Positions 1 to 12,700 of a DNA stretch of 64,000 bases are shown here, piece after piece (position 1 is the first letter of the stretch; the number at the start of each line of letters is the position of its first letter). Where the stretch lies: positions 3,626,902 to 3,690,901 of the forward strand of contig CM082585.2 of NCBI GenBank assembly GCA_040954595.2, given 5' to 3'. This DNA comes from Balanoglossus misakiensis. Its lineage: Eukaryota; Animalia; Hemichordata. Under the pieces are notes generated by a model. The model was not told the DNA's origin, made no database searches, and was given only the letters and a program-made list of their open reading frames with translations. The position numbers and the translations under genes are program-made.

Positions 1-3000
1 CGTGGTATATAACGCATAGGGATAGGAGAAGGGCGGGCGGAAAGCGGTCGTGTGTCTGAGCTTCTCCGGCGAGACCTCGCACAAATCCCCGACGAGTTAG
101 AAAGGGAACTCGTGGTGTCGTTCATTAAACAGGCGTGGTATATAACGCATAGGGATAGGAGAAGGGCGGGCGGAAAGCGGTCGTGTGTCTGAGCTTCTCC
201 GGCGAGACCTCGCACAAATCCCCGCCGAGTTAGAAAGGGAACTCGCGGTGTCGTTCATTAAGCAGGCGTGGTATATAACGCATAGGGATAGGAGAAGGGC
301 GGGCGGAAAGCGGTCGTGTGTCTGAGCTACCCCGGCGAGACCTCGCACAAATCCCCGCCAAGTTAGAAAGGGAACTCACGGTGTCGTTCATCAAGCAGGC
401 GTGGTATATAACGCATAGGGATAGGAGAAGGACGGGCGGAAAGCGGTCGTGTGTCTGAGCTTCTCCGGCGAGACCTCGCACAAATCCCCGCCGAGTTAGA
501 AAGGGAACTCGCGGTGTCGTTCATTAAGCAGGCGTGGTATATAACGCATAGGGATAGGAGAAGGGCGGGCGGAAAGCGGTCGTGTGTCTGAGCTACCCCG
601 GCGAGACCTCGCACAAATCCCCGCCGAGTTAGAAAGGGAACTCGCGGTGTCGTTCATCAAGCAGGCGTGGTATATAACGCATAGGGATAGGAGAAGGGCG
701 GGCGGAAAGCGGTCGTGTGTCTGAGCTTCTCCGGCGAAACCTCGCACAAATCCCCGACGAGTTAGAAAGGGAACTCGTGGTGTCGTTCATTAAACAGGCG
801 TGGTATATAACGCATAGGGATAGGAGAAGGGCGGGCGGAAAGCGGTCGTGTGTCTGAGCTTCCCCGGCGAGACCTCGCACAAATCCCCGACGAGTTAGAA
901 AGGGAACTCGAGGTGTCGTTCATTAAGCAGGCGTGGTATATAACGCATATGGATAGGAGAATGGCGGAAAGCGGTCGTGTGTCTGAGCTTCCTCGGCGAG
1001 ACCTCGCACAAATCCCCGACAAGTTAGAAAGGGAACTCGCAGTGTCGTTCATTAAGCAGGCGTGGAATATAACGCATAGGGATAGGAGAAGGGCGGGCGG
1101 AAACGGTCGTGTGTCTGAGCTTCTCCGGCGAGACCTCGCACAAATCCCCGCCGAGTTAGAAAGGGAACTCGCGGTGTCGTTCATTAATCAGGCGTGGTAT
1201 ATAACGCATAGGGATAGGAGAAGGGCGGGCGGAAAGCGGTCGTGTGTCTGAGCTTCTCCGGCGAGACCTCGCACAAATCCCCGGCGAGTTATAAAGGGAA
1301 CTCGCAGTGTCGTTCATTAAGCAGGCGTGGTATATAACGCATAGGGATAGGAGAAGGGCGGGCGGAAAGCCGTCGTGTGTCTGAGCTTCTCCGGCGAGAC
1401 CTCGCACAAATCCCCGCCGAGTTAGAAAGGGAACTCGCGGTGTCGTTCATTAAGCAGGCGTGGTATATAACGCATAGGGATAGGAGAAGGGCGGGCGGAA
1501 AGCGGTCGTGTGTCTGAGCTTCTCCGGCGAGACCTCGCACAAATCCCCGGCGAGTTAGAAAGGGAACTCGCGGTGTCGTTCATTAAGCAGGCGTGGTATA
1601 TAACGCATAGGGATAGGAGAAGGGCGGGCGGAAAGCGGTCGTGTGTCTGAGCTTCTCCGGCGAGACCTCGCACAAATCCCCGGCGAGTTAGAAAGGGAAC
1701 TCGCAGTGTCGTTCATTAAGCAGGCGTGTTATATAACGCATAGGGATAGGAGAAGGGCGGGCGGAAAGCGGTCGTGTGTCTGAGCTTCTCCGGCGAGACC
1801 TCGCACAAATCCCCGACGAGTTAGAAAGGGAACTCGTGGTGTCGTTCATTAAACAGGCGTGGTATATAACGCATAGGGATAGGAGAAGGCGGGCGGAAAG
1901 CGGTCGTGTGTCTGAGCTTCTCCGGCGAGACCTCGCACAAATCCCCGACGAGTTAGAAAGGGAACTCGTGGTGTCGTTCATTAAACAGGCGTGGTATATA
2001 ACGCATAGGGATAGGAGAAGGGCGGGCGGAAAGCGGTCGTGTGTCTGAGCTACCCCGGCGAGACCTCGCACAAATCACGCCGAGTTAGAAAGGGAACTCG
2101 TGGTGTCGTTCATTAAACAGGCGTGGTATATAACGCATAGGGATAGGAGAAGGGCGGGCGGAAAGCGGTCGTGTGTCTGAGCTTCTCCGGCGAGACCTCG
2201 CACAAATCCCCGCCGAGTTAGAAAGGGAACTCGCGGTGTCGTTCATTAAGCAGGCGTGGTATATAACGCATAGGGATAGGAGAAGGGCGGGCGGAAAGCG
2301 GTCGTGTGTCTGAGCTTCTCCGGCGAGACCTCGCACAAATCCCCGCCGAGTTAGAAAGGGAACTCGCGGTGTCGTTCATTAAGCAGGCGTGGTATATAAC
2401 GCATAGGGATAGGAGAAGGGCGGGCGGAAAGCGGTCGTGTGTCTGAGCTACACCGGCGAGACCTCGCACAAATCCCCGCCGAGTTAGAAAGGGAACTCGC
2501 GGTGTCGTTCATCAAGCAGGCGTGGTATATAACGCATAGGGATAGGAGAAGGGCGGGCGGAAAGCGGTCGTGTGTCTGAGCTTCTCCGGCGAGACCTCGC
2601 ACAAATCCCAGACGAGTTAGAAAGGGAACTCGTGGTGTCGTTCATTAAGCAGGCGTGGTATATAACGCATAGGGATAGGAGAAGGGCGGGCGGAAAGCAG
2701 TCGTGTGTCTGAGCTACCCCGGCGAGACCTCGCACAAATCCCCGCCGAGTTAGAAAGGGAACTCGCGGTGTCGTTCATCAAGCAGGCCTGGTATATAACG
2801 CATAGGGATAGGAGAAGGGCGGGTGGAAAGCGGTCGTGTGTCTGAGCTTCTCCGGCGAGACCTCGCACAAATCCCAGACGAGTTAGAAAGGGAACTCGTG
2901 GTGTCGTTCATTAAGCAGGCGTGGTATATAACGCATAGGGATAGGAGAAGGGCGGGCGGAAAGCGGTCGTGTGTCTGAGCTACCCCGGCGAGACCTCGCA

Positions 3001-6000
3001 CAAATCCCCGCCGAGTAAGAAAGGGAACTCGCGGTGTCGTTCATCAAGCAGGCGTGGTATATAACGCATTGGGATAGGAGAAGGGCGGGCGGAAAGCGGT
3101 CGTGTGTCTGAGCTTCTCCGGCGAGACCTCGCACAAATCCCCGACGAGTTAGAAAGGGAACTCGTGGTGTCGTTCATTAAACAGGCGTGGTATATAACGC
3201 ATAGGGATAGGAGAAGGGCGGGCGGAAAGCGGTCGTGTGTCTGAGCTTCCCCGGCGAGACCTCGCACAAATCCCCGACGAGTTAGAAAGGGAACTCGCTG
3301 TGTCGTTCATTAAGCAGGCGTGGTATATAACGCATAGGGATAGGAGAATGGCGGAAAGCGGTCGTGTGTCTGAGCTTCCCCGGCGAGACCTCGCACAAAT
3401 CCCCGACAAGTTAGAAAGGGAACTCGTGGTGTCGTTCATTAAACAGGCGTGGTATATAACGCATAGGGATAGGAGAAGGGCGGGCGGAAAGCGGTCGTGT
3501 GTCTGAGCTACCCCGGCGAGACCTCGCACAAATCACGCCGAGTTAGAAAGGGAACTCGTGGTGTCTTTCATTAAACAGGCGTGGTATATAACGCATAGGG
3601 ATAGGAGAAGGGCGGGCGGAAAGCGGTCGTGTGTCTGAGCTTCTCCGGCGAGACCTCGCACAAATCCCCGACGAGTTAGAAAGGGAACTCGTGGTGTCGT
3701 TCATTAAACAGGCGTGGTATATAACGCATAGGGATAGGAGAAGGGCGGGCGGAAAGCGGTCGTGTGTCTGAGCTTCCCCGGCGAGACCTCGCACAAATTC
3801 CCGACGAGTTAGAAAGGGAACTCGAGGTGTCGTTCATTAAGCAGGCGTGGTATATAACGCATATGGATAGGAGAATGGCGGAAAGCGGTCGTGTGTCTGA
3901 GCTTCCCCGGCGAGACCTCGCACAAATCCCCGACAAGTTAGAAAGGGAACTCGCAGTGTCGTTCATTAAGCAGGCGTGGAATATAACGCATAGGGATAGG
4001 AGAAGGGCGGGCGGAAACGGTCGTGTGTCTGAGCTTCTCCGGCGAGACCTCGCACAAATCCCCGCCGAGTTAGAAAGGGAACTCGCGGTGTCGTTCATTA
4101 ATCAGGCGTGGTATATAACGCATAGGGATAGGAGAAGGGCGGGCGGAAAGCGGTCGTGTGTCTGAGCTTCTCCGGCGAGACCTCGCACAAATCCCCGGCC
4201 AGTTAGAAAGGGAACTCGCAGTGTCGTTCATTAAGCAGGCGTGGTATATAACGCATAGGGATAGGAGAAGGGCGGGCGGAAAGCCGTCGTGTGTCTGAGC
4301 TTCTCCGGCGAGACCTCGCACAAATCCCCGGCGAGTTAGAAAGGGAACTCGCAGTGTCGTTCATTAAGCAGGCGTGGTATATAACGCATAGGGATAGGAG
4401 AAGGGCGGGCGGAAAGCGGTCGTGTGTCTGAGCTTCTCCGGCGAGACCTCGCACAAATCCCCGACGAGTTAGAAAGGGAACTCGTGGTGTCGTTCATTAA
4501 ACAGGCGTGGTATATAACGCATAGCATATAGGGATAGGAGAAGGGCGGGCGGAAAGCGGTCGTGTGTCTGAGCTTCCCCGGCGAGACCTCGCACAAATCC
4601 CCGACGAGTTAGAAAGGGAACTCGCTGTGTCGTTCATTAAGCAGGCGTGGTATATAACGCATAGGGATAGGAGAATGGCGGAAAGCGGTCGTGTGTCTGA
4701 GCTTCCCCGGCGAGACCTCGCACAAATCCCCGACAAGTTAGAAAGGGAACTCGTGGTGTCGTTCATTAAACAGGCGTGGTATATAACGCTTAGGGATAGG
4801 AGAAGGGCGGGCGGAAAGCGGTCGTGTGTCTGAGCTTCCCCGGCGAGACCACGCACAAATCCCCGCCGAGTTAGAAAGGGAAATCGTGGTGTCTTCATTA
4901 AGCAGGCGTGGTATATAACGCATAGGGATATGAGAAGGGCGGGCGGAAAGCGGTCGTGTGTCTGAGCTTCTCCGGCGAGACCTCGCACAAATCCCCGCCG
5001 AGTTAGAAAGGGAACTCGCGGTGTCGTTCATTAAGCAGGCGTGGTATATAACGCATAGGGATAGGAGAAGGGCGGGCGGAAAGCGGTCGTGTGTCTGACC
5101 TACCCCGGCGAGACCTCGCACAAATCCCCGCCGAGTTAGAAAGGGAACTCGCGGTGTCGTTCATCAAGCAGGCGTGGTATATAACGCATAGGGATAGGAG
5201 AAGGGCGGGCGGAAAGCGGTCGTGTGTCTGAGCTTCTCCGGCGAGACCTCGCACAAATCCCCGGCGAGTTAGAAATGGAACTCGTGGTGTCGTTCATTAA
5301 ACAGGCGTGGTATATAACGCATAGCATATAGGGATAGGAGAAGGGCGGGCGGAAAGCGGTCGTGTGTCTGAGCTTCCCCGGCGAGACCTCGCACAAATCC
5401 CCGACGAGTTAGAAAGGGAACTCGCTGTGTCGTTCATTAAGCAGGCGTGGTATATAACGCATAGGGATAGGAGAATGGCGGAAAGCGGTCGTGTGTCTGA
5501 GCTTCCCCGGCGAGACCTCGCACAAATCCCCGACAAGTTAGAAAGGGAACTCGTGGTGTCGTTCATTAAACAGGCGTGGTATATAACGCTTAGGGATAGG
5601 AGAAGGGCGGGCGGAAAGCGGTCGTGTGTCTGAGCTTCTCCGGCGAGACCTCGCACAAATCCCCGACGAGTTAGAAAGGGAACTCGTGGTGTCATTCATT
5701 AAACAGGCGTGGTATATAACGCATAGGGATAGGAGAAGGGCGGGCGGAAAGCGGTCGTGTGTCTGAGCTACCCCGGCGAGACCTCGCACAAATCACGCCG
5801 AGTTAGAAAGGGAACTCGTGGTGTCTTTCATTAAACAGGCGTGGTATATAACGCATAGGGATAGGAGAAGGGCGGGCGGAAAGCGGTCGTGTGTCTGAGC
5901 TTCTCCGGCGAGACCTCGCACAAATCCCCGCCGAGTTAGAAAGGGAACTCGCGGTGTCGTTCATTAAGCAGGCGTGGTATATAACGCATAGGGATAGGAG

Positions 6001-9000
6001 AAGGGCGGGCGGAAAGCGGTCGTGTGTCTGAGCTACCCCGGCGAGACCTCGCACAAATCCCCGCCGAGTCAGAAAGGGAACTCGCGGTGTCGTTCATCAA
6101 GCAGGCGTGGTATATAACGCATAGGGATAGGAGAAGGGCGGGCGGAAAGCGGTCGTGTGTCTGAGCTTCTCCGGCGAGACCTCGCACAAATCCCCGGCGA
6201 GTTAGAAAGGGAACTCGCGGTGTCGTTCATTAAGCAGGCGCGGTATATAACGCATAGGGATAGGAGAAGGGCGGGCGGAAAGCGGTCGTGTGTCTGAGCT
6301 TCTCCGGCGAGACCTCGCACAAATCCGCGACGAGTTAGAAAGGGAACTCGTGGTGTCGTTCATTAAACAGGCGTGGTATATAACGCATAGGGATAGGAGA
6401 AGGGCGGGCGGAAAGCGGTCGTGTGTCTGAGCTTCTCCGGCGAGACCTCGCACAAATCCCCGCCGAGTTAGAAAGGGAACTCGCGGTGTCGTTCATTAAG
6501 CAGGCGTGGTATATAACGCATAGGGATAGGAGAAGGGCGGGCGGAAAGCGGTCGTGTGTCTGAGCTACCCCGGCGAGACCTCGCACAAATCCCCGCCGAG
6601 TTAGAAAGGGAACTCACGGTGTCGTTCATCAAGCAGGCGTGGTATATAACGCATAGGGATAGGAGAAGGGCGGGCGGAAAGCGGTCGTGTGTCTGAGCTT
6701 CTCCGGCGAGACCTCGCACAAATCCCCGCCGAGTTAGAAAGGGAACTCGCGGTGTCGTTCATTAAGCAGGCGTGGTATATAACGCATAGGGATAGGAGAA
6801 GGGCGGGCGGAAAGCGGTCGTGTGTCTGAGCTACCCCGGCGAGACCTCGCACAAATCCCCGCCGAGTTAGAAAGGGAACTCGCGGTGTCGTTCATCAAGC
6901 AGGCGTGGTATATAACGCATAGGGATAGGAGAAGGGCGGGCGGAAAGCGGTCGTGTGTCTGAGCTTCTCCGGCGAAACCTCGCACAAATCCCCGACGAGT
7001 TAGAAAGGGAACTCGTGGTGTCGTTCATTAAACAGGCGTGGTATATAACGCATAGGGATAGGAGAAGGGCGGGCGGAAAGCGGTCGTGTGTCTGAGCTTC
7101 CCCGGCGAGACCTCGCACAAATCCCCGACGAGTTAGAAAGGGAACTCGAGGTGTCGTTCATTAAGCAGGCGTGGTATATAACGCAAATGGATAGGAGAAT
7201 GGCGGAAAGCGGTCGTGTGTCTGAGCTTCCTCGGCGAGACCTCGCACAAATCCCCGACAAGTTAGAAAGGGAACTCGCAGTGTCGTTCATTAAGCAGGCG
7301 TGGAATATAACGCATAGGGATAGGAGAAGGGCGGGCGGAAACGGTCGTGTGTCTGAGCTTCTCCGGCGAGACCTCGCACAAATCCCCGGCGAGTTATAAA
7401 GGGAACTCGCAGTGTCGTTCATTAAGCAGGCGTGGTATATAACGCATAGGGATAGGAGAAGGGCGGGCGGAAAGCCGTCGTGTGTCTGAGCTTCTCCGGC
7501 GAGACCTCGCACAAATCCCCGCCGAGTTAGAAAGGGAACTCGCGGTGTCGTTCATTAAGCAGGCGTGGTATATAACGCATAGGGATAGGAGAAGGGCGGG
7601 CGGAAAGCGGTCGTGTGTCTGAGCTTCTCCGGCGAGACCTCGCACAAATCCCCGGCGAGTTAGAAAGGGAACTCGCGGTGTCGTTCATTAAGCAGGCGTG
7701 GTATATAACGCATAGGGATAGGAGAAGGGCGGGCGGAAAGCGGTCGTGTGTCTGAGCTTCTCCGGCGAGACCTCGCACAAATCCCCGGCGAGTTAGAAAG
7801 GGAACTCGCAGTGTCGTTCATTAAGCAGGCGTGTTATATAACGCATAGGGATAGGAGAAGGGCGGGCGGAAAGCGGTCGTGTGTCTGAGCTTCTCCGGCG
7901 AGACCTCGCACAAATCCCCGACGAGTTAGAAAGGGAACTCGTGGTGTCGTTCATTAAACAGGCGTGGTATATAACGCATAGGGATAGGAGAAGGCGGGCG
8001 GAAAGCGGTCGTGTGTCTGAGCTTCTCCGGCGAGACCTCGCACAAATCCCCGACGAGTTAGAAAGGGAACTCGTGGTGTCGTTCATTAAACAGGCGTGGT
8101 ATATAACGCATAGGGATAGGAGAAGGGCGGGCGGAAAGCGGTCGTGTGTCTGAGCTACCCCGGCGAGACCTCGCACAAATCACGCCGAGTTAGAAAGGGA
8201 ACTCGTGGTGTCGTTCATTAAACAGGCGTGGTATATAACGCATAGGGATAGGAGAAGGGCGGGCGGAAAGCGGTCGTGTGTCTGAGCTTCTCCGGCGAGA
8301 CCTCGCACAAATCCCCGCCGAGTTAGAAAGGGAACTCGCGGTGTCGTTCATTAAGCAGGCGTGGTATATAACGCATAGGGATAGGAGAAGGGCGGGCGGA
8401 AAGCGGTCGTGTGTCTGAGCTTCTCCGGCGAGACCTCGCACAAATCCCCGCCGAGTTAGAAAGGGAACTCGCGGTGTCGTTCATTAAGCAGGCGTGGTAT
8501 ATAACGCATAGGGATAGGAGAAGGGCGGGCGGAAAGCGGTCGTGTGTCTGAGCTACACCGGCGAGACCTCGCACAAATCCCCGCCGAGTTAGAAAGGGAA
8601 CTCGCGGTGTCGTTCATCAAGCAGGCGTGGTATATAACGCATAGGGATAGGAGAAGGGCGGGCGGAAAGCGGTCGTGTGTCTGAGCTTCTCCGGCGAGAC
8701 CTCGCACAAATCCCAGACGAGTTAGAAAGGGAACTCGTGGTGTCGTTCATTAAGCAGGCGTGGTATATAACGCATAGGGATAGGAGAAGGGCGGGCGGAA
8801 AGCGGTCGTGTGTCTGAGCTACCCCGGCGAGACCTCGCACAAATCCCCGCCGAGTTAGAAAGGGAACTCGCGGTGTCGTTCATCAAGCAGGCCTGGTATA
8901 TAACGCATAGGGATAGGAGAAGGGCGGGTGGAAAGCGGTCGTGTGTCTGAGCTTCTCCGGCGAGACCTCGCACAAATCCCAGACGAGTTAGAAAGGGAAC

Positions 9001-9770
9001 TCGTGGTGTCGTTCATTAAGCAGGCGTGGTATATAACGCATAGGGATAGGAGAAGGGCGGGCGGAAAGCGGTCGTGTGTCTGAGCTACCCCGGCGAGACC
9101 TCGCACAAATCCCCGCCGAGTAAGAAAGGGAACTCGCGGTGTCGTTCATCAAGCAGGCGTGGTATATAACGCATTGGGATAGGAGAAGGGCGGGCGGAAA
9201 GCGGTCGTGTGTCTGAGCTTCTCCGGCGAGACCTCGCACAAATCCCCGACGAGTTAGAAAGGGAACTCGTGGTGTCGTTCATTAAACAGGCGTGGTATAT
9301 AACGCATAGGGATAGGAGAAGGGCGGGCGGAAAGCGGTCGTGTGTCTGAGCTTCCCCGGCGAGACCTCGCACAAATCCCCGACGAGTTAGAAAGGGAACT
9401 CGCTGTGTCGTTCATTAAGCAGGCGTGGTATATAACGCATAGGGATAGGAGAATGGCGGAAAGCGGTCGTGTGTCTGAGCTTCCCCGGCGAGACCTCGCA
9501 CAAATCCCCGACAAGTTAGAAAGGGAACTCGTGGTGTCGTTCATTAAACAGGCGTGGTATATAACGCATAGGGATAGGAGAAGGGCGGGCGGAAAGCGGT
9601 CGTGTGTCTGAGCTACCCCGGCGAGACCTCGCACAAATCACGCCGAGTTAGAAAGGGAACTCGTGGTGTCTTTCATTAAACAGGCGTGGTATATAACGCA
9701 TAGGGATAGGAGAAGGGCGGGCGGAAAGCGGTCGTGTGTCTGAGCTTCTCCGGCGAGACCTCGCACAAAT
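1..9770. repeat. Segmental duplication inside the satellite: about 1-3660 copied at about 6240-9770 (offset 6238, then 6105)
   Basis: Rare variants recur in the same order: GGCGAAACC at ~733 and ~6971; GAGTTATAAA at ~1286 and ~7391; CTACACCGG at ~2448 and ~8553; GAGTAAGAAA at ~3013 and ~9118. Boundaries approximate. Confidence 0.85.
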
Positions 9771-12700
9771 CCCCGCCGAGTTAGAAAGGGAACTCGCGGT
9801 GTCGTTCATTAAGCAGGCGTGGTATATAACGCATAGGGATAGAAGAAGGGCGGGCGGAAAGCGGTCGTGTGTCTGAGCTTCTCCGGCGAGACCTCGCACA
9901 AATCCCCGACGAGTTAGAAAGGGAACTCGTGGTGTCGTTCATTAAACAGGCGTGGTATATAACGCATAGGGATAGGAGAAGGGCGGGCGGAAAGCGGTCG
10001 TGTGTCTGAGCTTCTCCGGCGAGACCTCGCACAAATCCCCGCCGAGTTAGAAAGGGAACTCGCGGTGTCGTTCATTAATCAGGCGTGGTATATAACGCAT
10101 AGGGATAGGAGAAGGGCGGGCGGAAAGCGGTCGTGTGTCTGAGCTTATCCGGCGAGACCTCGCACAAATCCCCGGCGAGTTAGAAAGGGAACTCGCAGTG
10201 TCGTTCATTAAGCAGGCGTGGTATATAACGCATAGGGATAGGAGAAGGGCGGGCGGAAAGCGGTCGTGTGTCTGAGCTACCCCGGCGAGACCTCGCACAA
10301 ATCCCCGCCGAGTTAGAAAGGGAACTCGCGGTGTCGTTCATCAAGCAGGCGTGGTATATAACGCATTGGGATAGGAGAAGGGCGGGCGGAAAGCGGTCGT
10401 GTGTCTGAGCTTCTCCGGCGAGACCTCGCACAAATCCCCGACGAGTTAGAAAGGGAACTCGTGGTGTCGTTCATTAAACAGGCGTGGTATATAACGCATA
10501 GGGATAGGAGAAGGGCGGGCGGAAAGCGGTCGTGTGACTGAGCTTCCCCGGCGAGACCTCGCACAAATCCCCGACGAGTTAGAAAGGGAACTCGCTGTGT
10601 CGTTCATTAAGCAGGCGTGGTATATAACGCATAGGGATAGGAGAATGGCGGAAAGCGGTCGTGTGTCTGAGCTTCCCCGGCGAGACCTCGCACAAATCCC
10701 CGACAAGTTAGAAAGGGAACTCGTGGTGTCGTTCATTAAACAGGCGTGGTATATAACGCAAAGGGATAGGAGAAGGGCGGGCGGAAAGCGGTCGTGTGTC
10801 TGAGCTACCCCGGCGAGACCTCGCACAAATCACGCCGAGTTAGAAAGGGAACTCGTGGTGTCTTTCATTAAACAGGCGTGGTATATAACGCATAGGGATA
10901 GGAGAAGGGCGGGCGGAAAGCGGTCGTGTGTCTGAGCTTCTCCGGCGAGACCTCGCACAAATCCCCGCCGAGTTAGAAAGGGAACTCGCGGTGTCGTTCA
11001 TTAAGCAGGCGTGGTATATAACGCATAGGGATAGGAGAAGGGCGGGCGGAAAGCGGTCGTGTGTCTGAGCTTCTCCGGCGAGACCTCGCACAAATCCCCG
11101 ACGAGTTAGAAAGGGAACTCGTGGTGTCGTTCATTAAACAGGCGTGGTATATAACGCATAGGGATAGGAGAAGGGCGGGCGGAAAGCGGTCGTGTGTCTG
11201 AGCTTCCCCGGCGAGACCTCGCACAAATCCCCGACGAGTTAGAAAGGGAACTCGAGGTGTCGTTCATTAAGCAGGCGTGGTGTATAACGCATATGGATAG
11301 GAGAATGGTGGAAAGCGGTCGTGTGTCTGAGCTTCCCCGGCGAGACCTCGCACAAATCCCCGACAAGTTAGAAAGGGAACTCGCAGTGTCGTTCATTAAG
11401 CAGGCGTGGAATATAAGGCATAGGGATAGGAGAAGGGTGGGCGGAAACGGTCGTGTGTCTGAGCTTCTCCGGCGAGACCTCGCACAAATCCCCGCCGAGT
11501 TAGAAAGGGAACTCGCGGTGTCGTTCATTAATCAGGCGTGGTATATAACGCATAGGGATAGGAGAAGGGCGGGCGGAAAGCGGTCGTGTGTCTGAGTTTC
11601 TCCGGCGAGACCTCGCACAAATCCCCGGCGAGTTAGAAAGGGAATTCGCAGTGTCGTTCATTAAGCAGGCGTGGTATATAACGCATAGGGATAGGATAAG
11701 GGCGGGCGGAAAGCGGTCGTGTGTCTGAGCTTCTCCGGCGAGACCTCGCACAATTCCCCGACGAGATAGAAAGGGAACTCGCGGTGTCGTTCAGTAAGCA
11801 GGCGTGGTATATAACGCATAGGGATAGGAGAAGGGCGGGCGGAAAGCCGTCGTGTGTCTGAGCTTCTCCGGCGAGACCTCGCACAAATCCCCGCCGAGTT
11901 AGAAAGGGAACTCGCGGTGTCGTTCATTAAGCAGGCGTGGTATATAACGCATAGGGATAGGAGAAGGGCGGGCGGAAAGCGGTCGTGTGTCTGAGCTTCT
12001 CCGGCGAGACCTCGCACAAATCCCCGGCGAGTTAGAAAGGGAACTCGCAGTGTCGTTCATTAAGCAGGCGTGGTATATAACGCATAGGGATAGGAGAAGG
12101 GCGGGCGGAAAGCGGTCGTGTGTCTGAGCTTCTCCGGCGAGACCTCGCACAAATCCCCGACGAGTTAGAAAGGGAACTCTTGGTGTCGTTCATCAAGCAG
12201 GCGTGGTATATAACGCATTGGGATAGGAGAAGGGCGGGCGGAAAGCGGTCGTGTGTCTGAGCTTCTCCGGCGAGACCTCGCACAAATCCCCGACGAGTTA
12301 GAAAGGGAACTCGTGGTGTCGTTCATTAAACAGGCGTGGTATATAACGCATAGGGATAGGAGAAGGGCGGGCGGAAAGCGGTCGTGTGTCTGAGCTTCCC
12401 CGGCGAGACCTCGCACAAATCCCCGACGAGTTAGAAAGGGAACTCGTGGTGTCGTTCATTTAACAGGCGTGGTATATAACGCATAGGGATAGGAGAAGGG
12501 CGGGCGGAAAGCGGTCGTGTGTCTGAGCTACCCCGGCGAGACCTCGCACAAATCCCCGCCGAGTTAGAAAGGGAACTCGCGGTGTCGTTCATCAAGCAGG
12601 CGTGGTATATAACGCATAAGGATAGGAGAAGGGCGGGCGGAAAGCGGTCGTGTGTCTGAGCTTCTCCGGCGAGACCTCGCACAAATCCCCGACGAGTTAG

